Positions 20,466 through 30,715 of a stretch of DNA of 64,000 nt are shown one piece after another (position 1 is the first letter of the stretch; each line of letters starts with the position of its first letter). The notes beneath the pieces were generated by a model. That model saw nothing but the letters and a program-made list of their open reading frames with translations. It was not told the DNA's origin and did no database searches. The position numbers were made by a program, and so were the translations under genes. The DNA is from an uncultured virus (IMG/VR IMGVR_UViG_3300030328_002383) (Duplodnaviria > Heunggongvirae > Uroviricota > Caudoviricetes): the IMG/VR virus record IMGVR_UViG_3300030328_002383; one strand, 5' to 3'.

Positions 20466-20491
20466 ACCTCACTTCATTAAGCATATAAACC
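20466..20491 (-). promoter_or_regulatory. 26-bp promoter/RBS element, identical to 24939-24964
   Basis: Minus-strand GGTTTATATGCTTAATGAAGTGAGGT with TATA-like TTTATAT. Confidence 0.7.
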
Positions 20492-20494
20492 CAT

Positions 20495-22726
20495 TTATAG
20501 CCACTCTATACCCGCTATACCTTCCAAAGAATTAATCAATGGTTGCATAGACCAACCTGCCAACTCATAGTACGGTTTAGCCTTGTTTATTATGAATCTT
20601 TCAGCCAAGACCTTGTAACCTATTTCACAAACACCATCTATTTCATTAGGTTCGTCAAACGCTATATACTTTCCTTTAGGCGTTATAGTAGATAAGAAGT
20701 AAGAATCCTTACGGTAATTCTTACCTAAGTATTCGTTAGCCCAAGCCGCACCTGCTGATGAACCCGACAGAACTTTGTATTTACTAAGGTCTTGTTTCAA
20801 CCTACCTTTCATACATATATCCAATGGGTCAATATCCTTAGATACTACTTTAGAGATTAAACTAGATAGTTCAAGGGTAACATCAGTTTCAGATTTACCG
20901 TTTAGTATACCTTGTATAACATCTGTCATACTTTCTTTCATTATGGGAGGCATACGACTCTGCTTTAATTCAATACCTTTGAAGTAAGACTTAGGTTCGT
21001 GATATTCACCATCAGTCCAAGATACAAGACCTGCATATCTATTCTTAGCAGCAATAATAATTTTGGGACACCACTTTTCAAACTCGGTTTCTATGGGACT
21101 CATATTCTCATTGATTATTTTCAATGCTTCAACACCCTGTTCCGGTGTCTTGATTTCACAAAAGATAGAATCCGTGTGACCGTAAATTGTTTTCATCCCT
21201 AATTTATCCGCTTCATCTTTCAATTCTTGTAAAGTGTTTCTGCTAGTATAAGTTATTGCTGCTGCTACTTCGGGATGATATAATCCGTACTTAGCGTCAC
21301 CCGCTACACCATACATAGATGCTACGAGGGACTTACAAGCAAACTGCATAGTGTCCCATTTATTCTTCTCATCTTCACTATCAGACATTATAATTCTCAA
21401 CTTATATTCATTTCTCATGCTAGTCATATTATCCATTTGTCTGCATAACAATCCTTTACTTTCAAGGTTAAACTTACTACCGTTTCCACAATCAGAACCA
21501 TTGGGGTCAATTGTGTCCCACGATATACCATACTTACTTACATTACTATGATACATGGCCTTAACATCAAGTATTCCTATGTTGTCATACACACCCGCAA
21601 CAGGCTGCATAACATTAGCACCTTCGTAATCCTTCTTAGCAAACTTTGGTCTTGTAGGAATCCTACCCTTAAACTCACTATCTTTCAACGCTAAAACAGA
21701 AAACATTTGGGTGATGTGTGGCGTACTACGAATCTCACATTGAACTAGGTGTTGTAATGCGGTGTAATAACCCAACGCATTTACCGTAGCATCCAATCTA
21801 GGTAGTAGCCTTACGTCTTGCCTACAATAATGTATGTATAGAGGAAGGTCGGAATAATATGTGTCGTGTCCATCGGGCAACTCTACTTTATCCTCACCTA
21901 ATACTTCCTTAGATACTTCACTAAGACTGTACGCAGGTAACTTACCATTCTTCAATTCCCATATCTTACAGAATGCAATCATTAAATCAATACACATTCT
22001 ACCAACTATGGGCTGTTCCCAATCACCAAACTCATATCGTATAGAACGCATAGGAGACATACCTCTAGGCTCTATACCGTTAACCCTACATCTCTCAAAT
22101 ATAGTCTTAATATCTGCACCAGTAACATACCAACCAGTTAGTATATCGGGGTCATGTTTATCCATGTGTCTAACAAAATGTATTAACATACTCTTCTCAT
22201 CGGGAAATCCTAATGCGGGTGTTTCATATTCAAACTCACCGTATTTACTGAATGATGTCTTTTCCTTTAGAGATGGTTCTACAAACCATACAAACTCTTT
22301 ATCAGTATAGTTGTCGTAAACTACTATAACCCGCATTCTACTAGTGGCGGGCGACCATTCACAATCTAAGAACCATGTGCGGTGTTCGTAGTTAGGAATA
22401 GCACCATGTTCTTGTAATCTATCTACCATAACACGATTAGCATGAGACACATTTGCTTCCCAAGTATAATCTCCTTGATTATACGCAGTCTCCCGCATAG
22501 TGTATGGGTCACTACAAACAATCTTAGTAAGAGATTCACCATAGACACCCTTGTAACCAGTTTCCTTACCTACACTTTCGATATATTCTGCTGATTCATC
22601 AGCAACGAAAAAGTAAGGGTAATAGTTACTATGACTAATACTTTGTCTTTCTTTCGTCTTTGGGTCACGGTATCTAATACTAACTGTTTTACCCCTTAAT
22701 TTATCTACTATCAAGGTTCTCACCAT
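20495..22726 (-). CDS. polB: Family B DNA polymerase with 3'-5' exonuclease
   Basis: ExoI LDCE, ExoII GWY...D, ExoIII YCRQD; polymerase DVKAMYHS, K...SMYG, YGHTDS, KNRY. Confidence 0.97.
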   Translation of the reverse strand: MVRTLIVDKLRGKTVSIRYRDPKTKERQSISHSNYYPYFFVADESAEYIESVGKETGYKGVYGESLTKIVCSDPYTMRETAYNQGDYTWEANVSHANRVMVDRLQEHGAIPNYEHRTWFLDCEWSPATSRMRVIVVYDNYTDKEFVWFVEPSLKEKTSFSKYGEFEYETPALGFPDEKSMLIHFVRHMDKHDPDILTGWYVTGADIKTIFERCRVNGIEPRGMSPMRSIRYEFGDWEQPIVGRMCIDLMIAFCKIWELKNGKLPAYSLSEVSKEVLGEDKVELPDGHDTYYSDLPLYIHYCRQDVRLLPRLDATVNALGYYTALQHLVQCEIRSTPHITQMFSVLALKDSEFKGRIPTRPKFAKKDYEGANVMQPVAGVYDNIGILDVKAMYHSNVSKYGISWDTIDPNGSDCGNGSKFNLESKGLLCRQMDNMTSMRNEYKLRIIMSDSEDEKNKWDTMQFACKSLVASMYGVAGDAKYGLYHPEVAAAITYTSRNTLQELKDEADKLGMKTIYGHTDSIFCEIKTPEQGVEALKIINENMSPIETEFEKWCPKIIIAAKNRYAGLVSWTDGEYHEPKSYFKGIELKQSRMPPIMKESMTDVIQGILNGKSETDVTLELSSLISKVVSKDIDPLDICMKGRLKQDLSKYKVLSGSSAGAAWANEYLGKNYRKDSYFLSTITPKGKYIAFDEPNEIDGVCEIGYKVLAERFIINKAKPYYELAGWSMQPLINSLEGIAGIEWL

Positions 22727-23084
22727 GTCGTTCTAAAAACACTTTACCTGCCTTTAGGTATTCTTTCTTGAATCCCCTCCTTCTAGGCGTGATACTATGT
22801 TTGGCTAACCATTGATGTATCGCTACCGCAGACACACCAAACTGTTCTCCTATCTCAGCACAAGAACGGTATTGGTTACAGTAATTTTCTACCATCCATT
22901 CACGGTTTCTATAATGTGCTTGAGTCGGGCATTCCTGTACGGTTATTTTAACGCTGAAAAGAGTATCTACTTCCCCTGCGGCAAATCCATCCACTCTTTC
23001 TATCCATCCCAGTTTACTCATCAGTTCGTTCAGTTGTTGTTCATTCAATTTTACTTCATGTGTTTTCTTATACAATATAATCAC
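22701..23084 (-). CDS. HTH DNA-binding protein
   Basis: YRNREWMVENY...RSCAEIGEQFGVSAVAIHQWLAKHSI. Confidence 0.75.
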   Translation of the reverse strand: MIILYKKTHEVKLNEQQLNELMSKLGWIERVDGFAAGEVDTLFSVKITVQECPTQAHYRNREWMVENYCNQYRSCAEIGEQFGVSAVAIHQWLAKHSITPRRRGFKKEYLKAGKVFLERHGENLDSR

Positions 23085-23986
23085 CTCGTTACACTCGCCT
23101 GTAAGAGAAAGTCATCTGTGCCTTCTCCGAAAGAGAGTAATAGTCTATGTCCTTGTTCGTATCGGCTAAAGTCAAATATAGATAATCTAACTGTGCCGTT
23201 TATGTGTGCTAGAGTTTGTTCTAACCCACCGGAAAATGTTACTGGGTCGGGAAGGTATTGACTACTACCACGTTCACTAGCATTTACCTGTGTAAGATTC
23301 TTACCTTTATTGTAAGCACCAGTAGTAAAATACAATCCCCTGTCATGCAATTCAACAGTATAGCGGTTTAGTTTCTGACCGTTCATGTTATCAGTCCTAA
23401 GTGCCTCGTACAAATCAATAGCCTCAAAGTGCATATCCACACAAGGCTCAAAGACCGTTTCATTGGCTGCCGTATATGTTACTGGCTCATTGAAATTAGA
23501 AGTCTGATTTATTTTACCCATCAAACCCAATGATTTATTCAACCAACTTTCTAATGTCTCATTACTATTGGCAAACGCCTTAGCATTTGGATTAGCGTCT
23601 AAAGTAGTTGTCTTGTTGTTACTTATTAGGCGAACTTTATTACTAGAAGGACTCTGATGTATCTTTAGTTTCCCACCGTGATATTTTAGAACACCGAGTA
23701 AAGTATCAATGTCTGACACATATATGTTACCATCGTATGTTTCATCACTAATGTAAGATTCACCGTTCTCTAACAATGGTATACTAAAATGAGATACAGA
23801 AGTAACACCATCTTTAACGATGGAAGTAGTTCGCATCCTACCACTAATAGAAACCAAGACGCAAGATGTAACTTGATTAGACTTACTACCACCAATATAA
23901 TGAGGCCGTTGTGTTTTCTTAAGAAGAATCTCCAACGCCCCAGTATCTACTAGGAAGTAGTTGTTAGTTATGTTATTGTTACCCAC
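23081..23986 (-). CDS. Putative DNA sliding clamp (divergent PCNA-like)
   Basis: About 300 aa with a two-fold helix/strand pattern; located between PolB and RFC; PIP-like motifs in neighbouring proteins. Confidence 0.5.
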   Translation of the reverse strand: MGNNNITNNYFLVDTGALEILLKKTQRPHYIGGSKSNQVTSCVLVSISGRMRTTSIVKDGVTSVSHFSIPLLENGESYISDETYDGNIYVSDIDTLLGVLKYHGGKLKIHQSPSSNKVRLISNNKTTTLDANPNAKAFANSNETLESWLNKSLGLMGKINQTSNFNEPVTYTAANETVFEPCVDMHFEAIDLYEALRTDNMNGQKLNRYTVELHDRGLYFTTGAYNKGKNLTQVNASERGSSQYLPDPVTFSGGLEQTLAHINGTVRLSIFDFSRYEQGHRLLLSFGEGTDDFLLQASVTR

Positions 23987-23990
23987 GCAC

Positions 23991-24938
23991 TCACCACTTC
24001 AATACAGGTAAACCAGTCCAAGTAACTTTGTTATCTTTAACACTTAGAATAGTATGTGTCGAACCTAGATGTTCCATGTTCTTACCTTTCATTTCTTCTA
24101 TGGTTGCCTTGATAACCCACTCGCCCTCGGCAAGTTTCTTGTCACCTTTAACACCAGTAGCCAAATCTGCTTTCTTCATGTATCTCGCTAAGAATATCTG
24201 CTGACTGAAAAGTCTCATAGTACCTTTCTCCCATTCCGGCACTTCTCCTACAGACATCATAACTTTCTTACCTGTACCATCATCCATGAACTCTTTAATA
24301 TCTTTCAAGTGGAAAGTAAAGAATACCTTGTTTACAGGCAAACTATGTAGTCTATTCAAAACACCACGATTAAGTCTGTTTCTCTCTCTCCATTCTTTCT
24401 GATTGAATGTACCATCTTCTGTTTCTATAATACCTCTATCTAGTAATGAAGTACGCATAGCGTGTTCACACCATTTAAGGAATGTAGAACCACCGTCAAA
24501 GATAACACCGCCCCAATCATCGGGAGATGCTGCTATCTCATCAGCCAAGATATTAACAAACCAAGATGTTTTATCTAAAAGAGATTTATGGTTGACCGAG
24601 TTGTCCTCATTAAAGATAGAGTCATCAGTCTCGTCATGTAGTGGTATTACCATAATATTTTCAGCGTTAGGATAGATATAATCTACCGTTGACTTCGCTG
24701 AATTATCCACATCGAAGATTGCTACTTTCTTACCTGCTTTGATTTCCTCATCAAGCATAGATAGTGCAAGACCCGTTTTACCACAATTCTCTCTTGCTAC
24801 AAGAGCCATTCTAATATCTACCGATTGAGCGAGGTTATTCAAAAACCTCTCCCTAAAGTATTCTTCACCGTAAGTTACCTTCGGTGCATTCGTTTGTACT
24901 GCATTCTGTTGATTAGTTCCCCAAGCCGACATAAACAT
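23991..24938 (-). CDS. P-loop ATPase of RecA/AAA_24 type (Sak4-like recombinase)
   Basis: Walker A ARENCGKT, FDVD, Walker B VIFDG, FFTFH. Confidence 0.7.
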   Translation of the reverse strand: MFMSAWGTNQQNAVQTNAPKVTYGEEYFRERFLNNLAQSVDIRMALVARENCGKTGLALSMLDEEIKAGKKVAIFDVDNSAKSTVDYIYPNAENIMVIPLHDETDDSIFNEDNSVNHKSLLDKTSWFVNILADEIAASPDDWGGVIFDGGSTFLKWCEHAMRTSLLDRGIIETEDGTFNQKEWRERNRLNRGVLNRLHSLPVNKVFFTFHLKDIKEFMDDGTGKKVMMSVGEVPEWEKGTMRLFSQQIFLARYMKKADLATGVKGDKKLAEGEWVIKATIEEMKGKNMEHLGSTHTILSVKDNKVTWTGLPVLKW

Positions 24939-24964
24939 ACCTCACTTCATTAAGCATATAAACC
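24939..24964 (-). promoter_or_regulatory. 26-bp promoter/RBS element, identical to 20466-20491
   Basis: Exact repeat ACCTCACTTCATTAAGCATATAAACC on the + strand. Confidence 0.7.
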
Positions 24965-26553
24965 TACTCAGTAGGTAATGCTACAGCGACCTCCGTTGTC
25001 AAAACTAATCTACTAATACTCATAGCACTACGCAAAGAAGAGATTACTACGTCTAGTGGGTCTAAGATATTATACTCGTAAGGTACAGGCACTAATTTCT
25101 TAAGTTTAGCGTCATACCAATCACCATTCATAAAATTACCATATAATTCTGTACGTTCAATCACTTGTCTATCACTATTGTATCTAATAACAATAGGTAT
25201 TTCCCAACAGGCTTCTTGTATTATATCATCAATAGAGTTTTTCCATCCGGCATCCGAGTACAATACTTGTAAGTATGCTAGACCGCCACCATAAACCACA
25301 CCGGACTGTAAGGCAGCCTTAGTAGCATTGATAGCATCGTCAAATCTCTCAAGACGTTCGCGTATTTCCAACTCACTATTACCACCAACGTGTACGATAG
25401 ATACTTTACCCTGTAATCTAGCGATTCTATTGTTTAATTTCTCAGCATCCCAATCATTTAATTCTTCGATACCTTCACCTATTGATAAGATATATTCATC
25501 CTTATCCTGTACGAACCTTTTCACTTTAGTGTCCGTATCAAGATTCTGCGATATGACAGTAGAAGTTTCTTTCACCGTTATATTAACTGTATCACCCAAG
25601 TCCTCTTTCACAAGTTCAGTAATTGTATCTCCCGCACCCTGCTTGAATACTTTAGCCCCTGTTATACATCCTATATCGTCTAACCATGCTTCCGCTTCTT
25701 CTCCCCACGCAGGTACTTTAACAATACAAGCATCAATAGCCTTGTTAGCCACATTGACTAAGAGATTAGGCAACGCATTACCACTAACATTCCTACAAAT
25801 GAATAAGATAGGTTTATTGTCGCCCTTAGCCAATTCGAGAGCAGGTATCATATTAGAGAAATCATCAATTACTTCTGTCGTTAAAACAACATACGCATCC
25901 TTCATATCTAGTTTGCCTTCGGGGGCAAAGTAATGTGATATGTAACCGGAAGGTATCTCAAAACCATTCTGAGTTTCTATTGTCGTAGAAGTATTCTTAC
26001 TAGGCTGTAAAGTAACCGTAGAAAACTTGTTGCTCACATCGAATGCCTTTGAAAGTATTTCACCTATCTCGGAATCATTGTTACCTGCTACATAAGCCAC
26101 ATTAAACAAATCTTCTTTAGTGGCTAAAGGTCTTGCTATTGTAGTAAGACCTTCTATCATGGATTCAACGGATGCTTCCATATTATCTACTATCTTTAAC
26201 ATACTAGGATTTAACTTGTCTAGGAAGTCATAGTAAGTAATAGCCGCTTGACACATCTTCTGTGCTAGGATAGTAGCAGTAGTTGTACCGTCACCGGACT
26301 TAGCCTGTGCTTCACTAGAAACTTGCTGTATTAGATTAACCCCCATATTAACAAATGGGTCGGAATGACTTACTGACTTAGCAATAGACACACCATCGTT
26401 CAATGCTAACGGAAAGTCATTCTCTCTCTCCAAGAGAACTGTGCTTGCACCTGCACCCAATGTAGGTCTAACTACATCAGTCACTAAATTAATTCCTTCT
26501 ATCAAAGAATCTCTCAACTCATTACCACGTCTAATTTCACTCATCTGTTTCAA
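24964..26553 (-). CDS. groEL: Group I chaperonin (GroEL/Cpn60-like)
   Basis: PTLG, NDGVSIAK, GDGTTTATILA, EKLNNRIARLQG, VGGNSELE, DDAINATKAA, GGG. Confidence 0.93.
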   Translation of the reverse strand: MKQMSEIRRGNELRDSLIEGINLVTDVVRPTLGAGASTVLLERENDFPLALNDGVSIAKSVSHSDPFVNMGVNLIQQVSSEAQAKSGDGTTTATILAQKMCQAAITYYDFLDKLNPSMLKIVDNMEASVESMIEGLTTIARPLATKEDLFNVAYVAGNNDSEIGEILSKAFDVSNKFSTVTLQPSKNTSTTIETQNGFEIPSGYISHYFAPEGKLDMKDAYVVLTTEVIDDFSNMIPALELAKGDNKPILFICRNVSGNALPNLLVNVANKAIDACIVKVPAWGEEAEAWLDDIGCITGAKVFKQGAGDTITELVKEDLGDTVNITVKETSTVISQNLDTDTKVKRFVQDKDEYILSIGEGIEELNDWDAEKLNNRIARLQGKVSIVHVGGNSELEIRERLERFDDAINATKAALQSGVVYGGGLAYLQVLYSDAGWKNSIDDIIQEACWEIPIVIRYNSDRQVIERTELYGNFMNGDWYDAKLKKLVPVPYEYNILDPLDVVISSLRSAMSISRLVLTTEVAVALPTE

Positions 26554-26761
26554 CCCCTAAAATATTACTATAATGTATAAAGAGATACTTACCGACCTTC
26601 ATTATCTTACTATCGTCACAAAGAATGCAATCCATAGGCTGTAGGGAGGGAAGAGGAACACCCTCACCTACAGACACTATAGAGAAATTATCTTTAACGA
26701 CAAAAGAAGATGTCTCTTTAGATACAAGTTCTATTAAGACATATTCTCCGGTGGCCTTCAC
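26537..26761 (-). CDS. groES: Co-chaperonin (GroES/Cpn10-like), minimal 74 aa
   Basis: MKATGEYVLIE, IVSVGEG, YLFIHYSNILGV; directly upstream of groEL. Confidence 0.75.
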   Translation of the reverse strand: MKATGEYVLIELVSKETSSFVVKDNFSIVSVGEGVPLPSLQPMDCILCDDSKIMKVGKYLFIHYSNILGVETDE

Positions 26762-27963
26762 TCATCCCACCCTGCGTCATCTTCTACGTTTACTGGTGCA
26801 ATTGTGTCAAAAGCATACCAACCATTTACAGACATTCTATCTTCACCTTCTTTGGTTCTCCATGCCTGTCCGACCATCAGAACCTTAGTACCGACAGCGA
26901 AGTCAACTTTATCATCTTGTTCAGAAGGAACGTATATCTCAACACCTTCTGCTGATGACATAATATCTACATCGGAAACCATTAGTACATATCCGCCATT
27001 ATCTCTAGGGTCAATGTGAATTACTTCACCGACAACAATAAGGTTTCTATCCCACCAACCATCTTTACCGTTGAACATATCGTAGTAAGCACCTAGTTGG
27101 TCTAATCCACTAATAGTATTCTCCAAACCAACTACCTTCTGAGCAACACCGCCCGTAATTAGTTTACCATCGTATTCTACTGGTGCAGCATCAAAGATAG
27201 ATGCAACAGATTGACTAGCATTGAATACAGAAACTTTAGGTTTCACATAAGCAACAGTACCACTTGCATTAGGTCGCATAGCGAAAGTGCAAGGTACGAA
27301 TGTTGGGTATTGAACATCTGCTGCTGCTTGAGTAGCCTTTACTGTAATTAGTTTAAGGTCTGAATTATCTCCTGTTGGCCTACCTAAGAATAGCATTGTT
27401 CTTTCTCTCTCATCTTGTGGTCTAGGGCGACCATATTTGAAGTTAGCATCACCGGATGGGAAAGTCTTGTTACTCTTATCCCATACAACATAAAAGTGTG
27501 TGTTCTCATCTAGTTTCTGTGTGTGTCTAGGAAGTTCACTTACTTCCGCAGTTTCATTACCAAAGAAATCTTCTTTAGAATGACGGGTAAAAGAACCGTC
27601 ATGGTTATCCTCGAACAAAACTACAGTCCCATTGTCAACAAAGGACTGTCTTACATCCTCACTAGCAACACGCAATTGATTGCTCATTTTGTTGTATAAG
27701 ATTTTACCCCATTCCTTACTTCTAGGAACGGATATAAACATACCTTCGTATGTTACTGCACCGGAACGACTCAATGCCGCTTGTTCGGTTGTTAGTTGTC
27801 GTGCTGCAACTCTTAATGCTAATACATTACAGTCATCATCTGACTTACCTGCATTCTTCCATGCACCACCTTGTTCGGCTAGAATCGCTTCCGCTTTCTG
27901 CCTCATAATGTCTGCACTTACATTTACTTTCTTCGCTATATTTTCTATCATACTGTTATCCAT
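26758..27963 (-). CDS. Putative RPA-like ssDNA-binding protein (OB folds)
   Basis: N-terminal helical domain as in archaeal RPA, C-terminal OB fold (VVGEVIHID...GTKVLMVG), acidic/aromatic tail EDDAGWDE. Confidence 0.6.
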   Translation of the reverse strand: MDNSMIENIAKKVNVSADIMRQKAEAILAEQGGAWKNAGKSDDDCNVLALRVAARQLTTEQAALSRSGAVTYEGMFISVPRSKEWGKILYNKMSNQLRVASEDVRQSFVDNGTVVLFEDNHDGSFTRHSKEDFFGNETAEVSELPRHTQKLDENTHFYVVWDKSNKTFPSGDANFKYGRPRPQDERERTMLFLGRPTGDNSDLKLITVKATQAAADVQYPTFVPCTFAMRPNASGTVAYVKPKVSVFNASQSVASIFDAAPVEYDGKLITGGVAQKVVGLENTISGLDQLGAYYDMFNGKDGWWDRNLIVVGEVIHIDPRDNGGYVLMVSDVDIMSSAEGVEIYVPSEQDDKVDFAVGTKVLMVGQAWRTKEGEDRMSVNGWYAFDTIAPVNVEDDAGWDE

Positions 27964-28017
27964 ATATAATCACCTCTTCGGTACATTCTCCGTATTTCTT
28001 TAGGCTAATAAAGGTAC

Positions 28018-28959
28018 TCATATACACAACCTCACGAAATTATGGAGAGTGATTCTTGGGTCTACACCTAGCAGTAAATCCCTTTCTGCTGTGACTGCCG
28101 CATCAATAACCTTCAACTTAGATTCCGGCTTTGCCGATGAATTGACAGCATAATTAAATATTTCTTTTACCTTTGTTTTAACTTCTAAAAGATTATCCGA
28201 TTCACCTATCAGTTTCAAAGCGGCTTCGTAATCCTTCTCGACAAAACATAACTTCAAAATAGGTTCGCAGTTTAGTCCGTCATCCTTTAGAGATAAAAGG
28301 AATTGTTCTGCCCCCTTGTCATCTATTATACTATAATATACTTGTAGTGCGTTTATCGCTGCCCGTAAATCACCTTCGTGTGCCTCGGCAATAAGATGTA
28401 GTTTAGTTCTCCTATTAGGAGAACCTTCTAGGCTTGCTATGTTAAGTAATTTACCATACACAAGTTCTTTTGGTATATCGTGGAAATAATGAACAGTACA
28501 CCTAGACTGAATCCATGCTGTGATTTTAGATAAATCATTACAGGTTAAAATAAACTTAGCGTGAGCATCCTCCATTACCCCCTTCAAAGCGGATTGAGCC
28601 GCAGGTGTCAATTGGTCTGCTTCATCTAGTAAGATTATCTTGTTGTAATAACCATTACTACAAAGAGGAATTATTTCTTCTTCGATGAAGTCAATACCCC
28701 TAGTCCTTTTACTACTAGCGTTAAAGATATATAATTGAGAATCGTACTTCTCGGCTAGTGCATAGGCTAGAGAAGTCTTGCCCGTACCTGCACCCCTACT
28801 GTAGAATATATGATTACCGACAAAAGTATCTTCAAACTTAGAGACTATTTCATCCTGTCCGATTATGCTATCAAAAGACGGCCTATACTTTTCAGTCCAA
28901 AGTACACCCGCATATCCATTCTTAGCAGTAATAATATCCTTACTATTTTCTTCCCACAT
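28018..28959 (-). CDS. rfcS: Replication factor C small subunit (clamp loader)
   Basis: LWTEKYRP, GTGKTS, NASSKRTRGID, LDEADQLT, QSRC, GDLRAAINALQ. Confidence 0.95.
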   Translation of the reverse strand: MWEENSKDIITAKNGYAGVLWTEKYRPSFDSIIGQDEIVSKFEDTFVGNHIFYSRGAGTGKTSLAYALAEKYDSQLYIFNASSKRTRGIDFIEEEIIPLCSNGYYNKIILLDEADQLTPAAQSALKGVMEDAHAKFILTCNDLSKITAWIQSRCTVHYFHDIPKELVYGKLLNIASLEGSPNRRTKLHLIAEAHEGDLRAAINALQVYYSIIDDKGAEQFLLSLKDDGLNCEPILKLCFVEKDYEAALKLIGESDNLLEVKTKVKEIFNYAVNSSAKPESKLKVIDAAVTAERDLLLGVDPRITLHNFVRLCI

Positions 28960-29344
28960 CTAAACCGCCCCCGATTCTCCTTTCTAATATAACTTGCTTT
29001 AACCCGTGATATACTTTAGATAATTCAACATGAGTTGGCGTGTCCCTACCCAACCCTCTTACTTTCCTATCAGTATCTAAAGCCATAGCCACACCTAACA
29101 TCATGCCGTTAATAAAATGTTCATCCCATCCATCAATAGATGCTGCTAGTGAATCTAGGTCAGCATCACCACCACCGTAAAACGGATTGGTGGCAGCATT
29201 CAAACAATGCCTAACGTGTGAAACATCTTCTTCTATCTCAGAAGTAAGTATTGTGTCCGTAACAGACGGGTGTTTATTTCCCTTAACAAACGAATCATTT
29301 AACATATTCAACATCCTCTCCCATTGGTCGGTTTCGTATGACAT
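28943..29344 (-). CDS. Hypothetical protein
   Basis: Packed co-directional ORF. Confidence 0.55.
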   Translation of the reverse strand: MSYETDQWERMLNMLNDSFVKGNKHPSVTDTILTSEIEEDVSHVRHCLNAATNPFYGGGDADLDSLAASIDGWDEHFINGMMLGVAMALDTDRKVRGLGRDTPTHVELSKVYHGLKQVILERRIGGGLDVGRK

Positions 29345-29607
29345 TGATTATGATACCAGTTAAGTGTTCTAATAACATTCGCTGAACTTGTCCTCCTTCT
29401 AGCAATAGTTTTACCTTTAACGTATTGTCTCCCAAACTCGTTTTCATATACTATCTTACATAACTCACATACTGGCAACTTTCCGGCTACCTTGTCATTC
29501 ATGGTATGTTCACCCCATGTAGTGACGGGTATCTTACCTCGACATAATCTATTTTCACCGTCAAAGGTAATGTGTATAATTGTGGGTGTATAATTTCTAG
29601 GTGTCAT
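29308..29607 (-). CDS. Small zinc-finger protein (H...C...CxxC)
   Basis: IHI...LC...VCELC pattern. Confidence 0.5.
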   Translation of the reverse strand: MTPRNYTPTIIHITFDGENRLCRGKIPVTTWGEHTMNDKVAGKLPVCELCKIVYENEFGRQYVKGKTIARRRTSSANVIRTLNWYHNQCHTKPTNGRGC

Positions 29608-29873
29608 TCTTCGACCTCCTTATAGATATACAGAGTATGTGTAGATAATGAAGATGACGAGAGAGCCATGTTAGGTGCGGTGACAACACCCAACCTAGTA
29701 ATGTGCCTACTCTTTCTCAACTTGTTAGCGATAGAGTTCTTACTACCTAATCTTTTATTCCTTGCTAAAAGATAGGGGTAAATATCTTGAACGGTAAAAG
29801 AACCATGTTTCTCACTATACTCTTTGATAGCAGGTAATTCTCTCCAATTGTCTAACTTTGTTTTTACCTTCAT
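29604..29873 (-). CDS. Putative winged-helix protein
   Basis: FTVQDI...SKNSIANKLRK then a beta wing. Confidence 0.45.
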   Translation of the reverse strand: MKVKTKLDNWRELPAIKEYSEKHGSFTVQDIYPYLLARNKRLGSKNSIANKLRKSRHITRLGVVTAPNMALSSSSLSTHTLYIYKEVEE

Positions 29874-30421
29874 ATTATATTCCCCTCTATATCATAACGC
29901 CACCATGTAGGTATGATGCGACCATCCCACCGAGCAAACGATTTACTGTGATAATAACGCCTGTAAGCGGCTACTGCTGCTTCTCCATCGGCATGATAGA
30001 TAATATCGTCACCGTCTACATTCTCCGGTCTATACTCATCGGGCATAGCGAGAGCAAAATGTGTAAGGTCGCCTTCGGGAATTAGATTCATAAGTTTCCA
30101 TAAAACATATAGACCATCTTCACAAAAGTGTACCTTGTTATACTTGTTAGTATATTCTTTACACAACTCAAAGGCATGGCGTAAAGTCCACCAATAATTA
30201 CTATTACTATCACCTACCCATCGAGTACAAGGATGATTATGATAGCCACCTTTGAGGGGCGTACCTTTCTTAGTAAGTGGCATCATGTCGGGTGTAGCAC
30301 CGTGTCTAATGACACTACTGCCTAGCATTTGATAGCACTCGACTATCATTTTAGACAGGTGCTTATTGCAGTAATCCCTTGCTGCTAATTCGGGGTTTTC
30401 GTTTAGTACAAATATATTCAT
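29870..30421 (-). CDS. Pyrimidine-dimer DNA glycosylase (DenV/Pyr_excise family)
   Basis: MNIFVL...AARDYCNKHLSKMIVECYQML, HNHPCTRW, EY..KYNKVH, AVAAYRRYY. Confidence 0.85.
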   Translation of the reverse strand: MNIFVLNENPELAARDYCNKHLSKMIVECYQMLGSSVIRHGATPDMMPLTKKGTPLKGGYHNHPCTRWVGDSNSNYWWTLRHAFELCKEYTNKYNKVHFCEDGLYVLWKLMNLIPEGDLTHFALAMPDEYRPENVDGDDIIYHADGEAAVAAYRRYYHSKSFARWDGRIIPTWWRYDIEGNII

Positions 30422-30687
30422 TGTTTCACCTCTGTATAATCCACATGGTCTTTTGGTAGTCTGTGTGTCCTACGCTGTGCCATGTTGTTAATCAATGTTC
30501 TCACATTGAGTATTCCATTCTTGTATCTCGTCTGTGCTACCTTGTCATTATTAGGGACTAATCTATTTTCCAACTCTGTGAAATCTACATTATCCATAAT
30601 AAATAACAATGCCTCGTATTCTACTTGTATCTGTGTTTTCGCTCTATTCATGTGTATCACCTTTCTCTTAAATATAGATGGGTGCAT
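30418..30687 (-). CDS. Hypothetical protein
   Basis: AGGTGA RBS before internal ATG; upstream TTTATTAA box. Confidence 0.55.
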   Translation of the reverse strand: MHPSIFKRKVIHMNRAKTQIQVEYEALLFIMDNVDFTELENRLVPNNDKVAQTRYKNGILNVRTLINNMAQRRTHRLPKDHVDYTEVKQ

Positions 30688-30715
30688 TAGGTTAATAAAC
30701 CTTTCGACTAGATGC

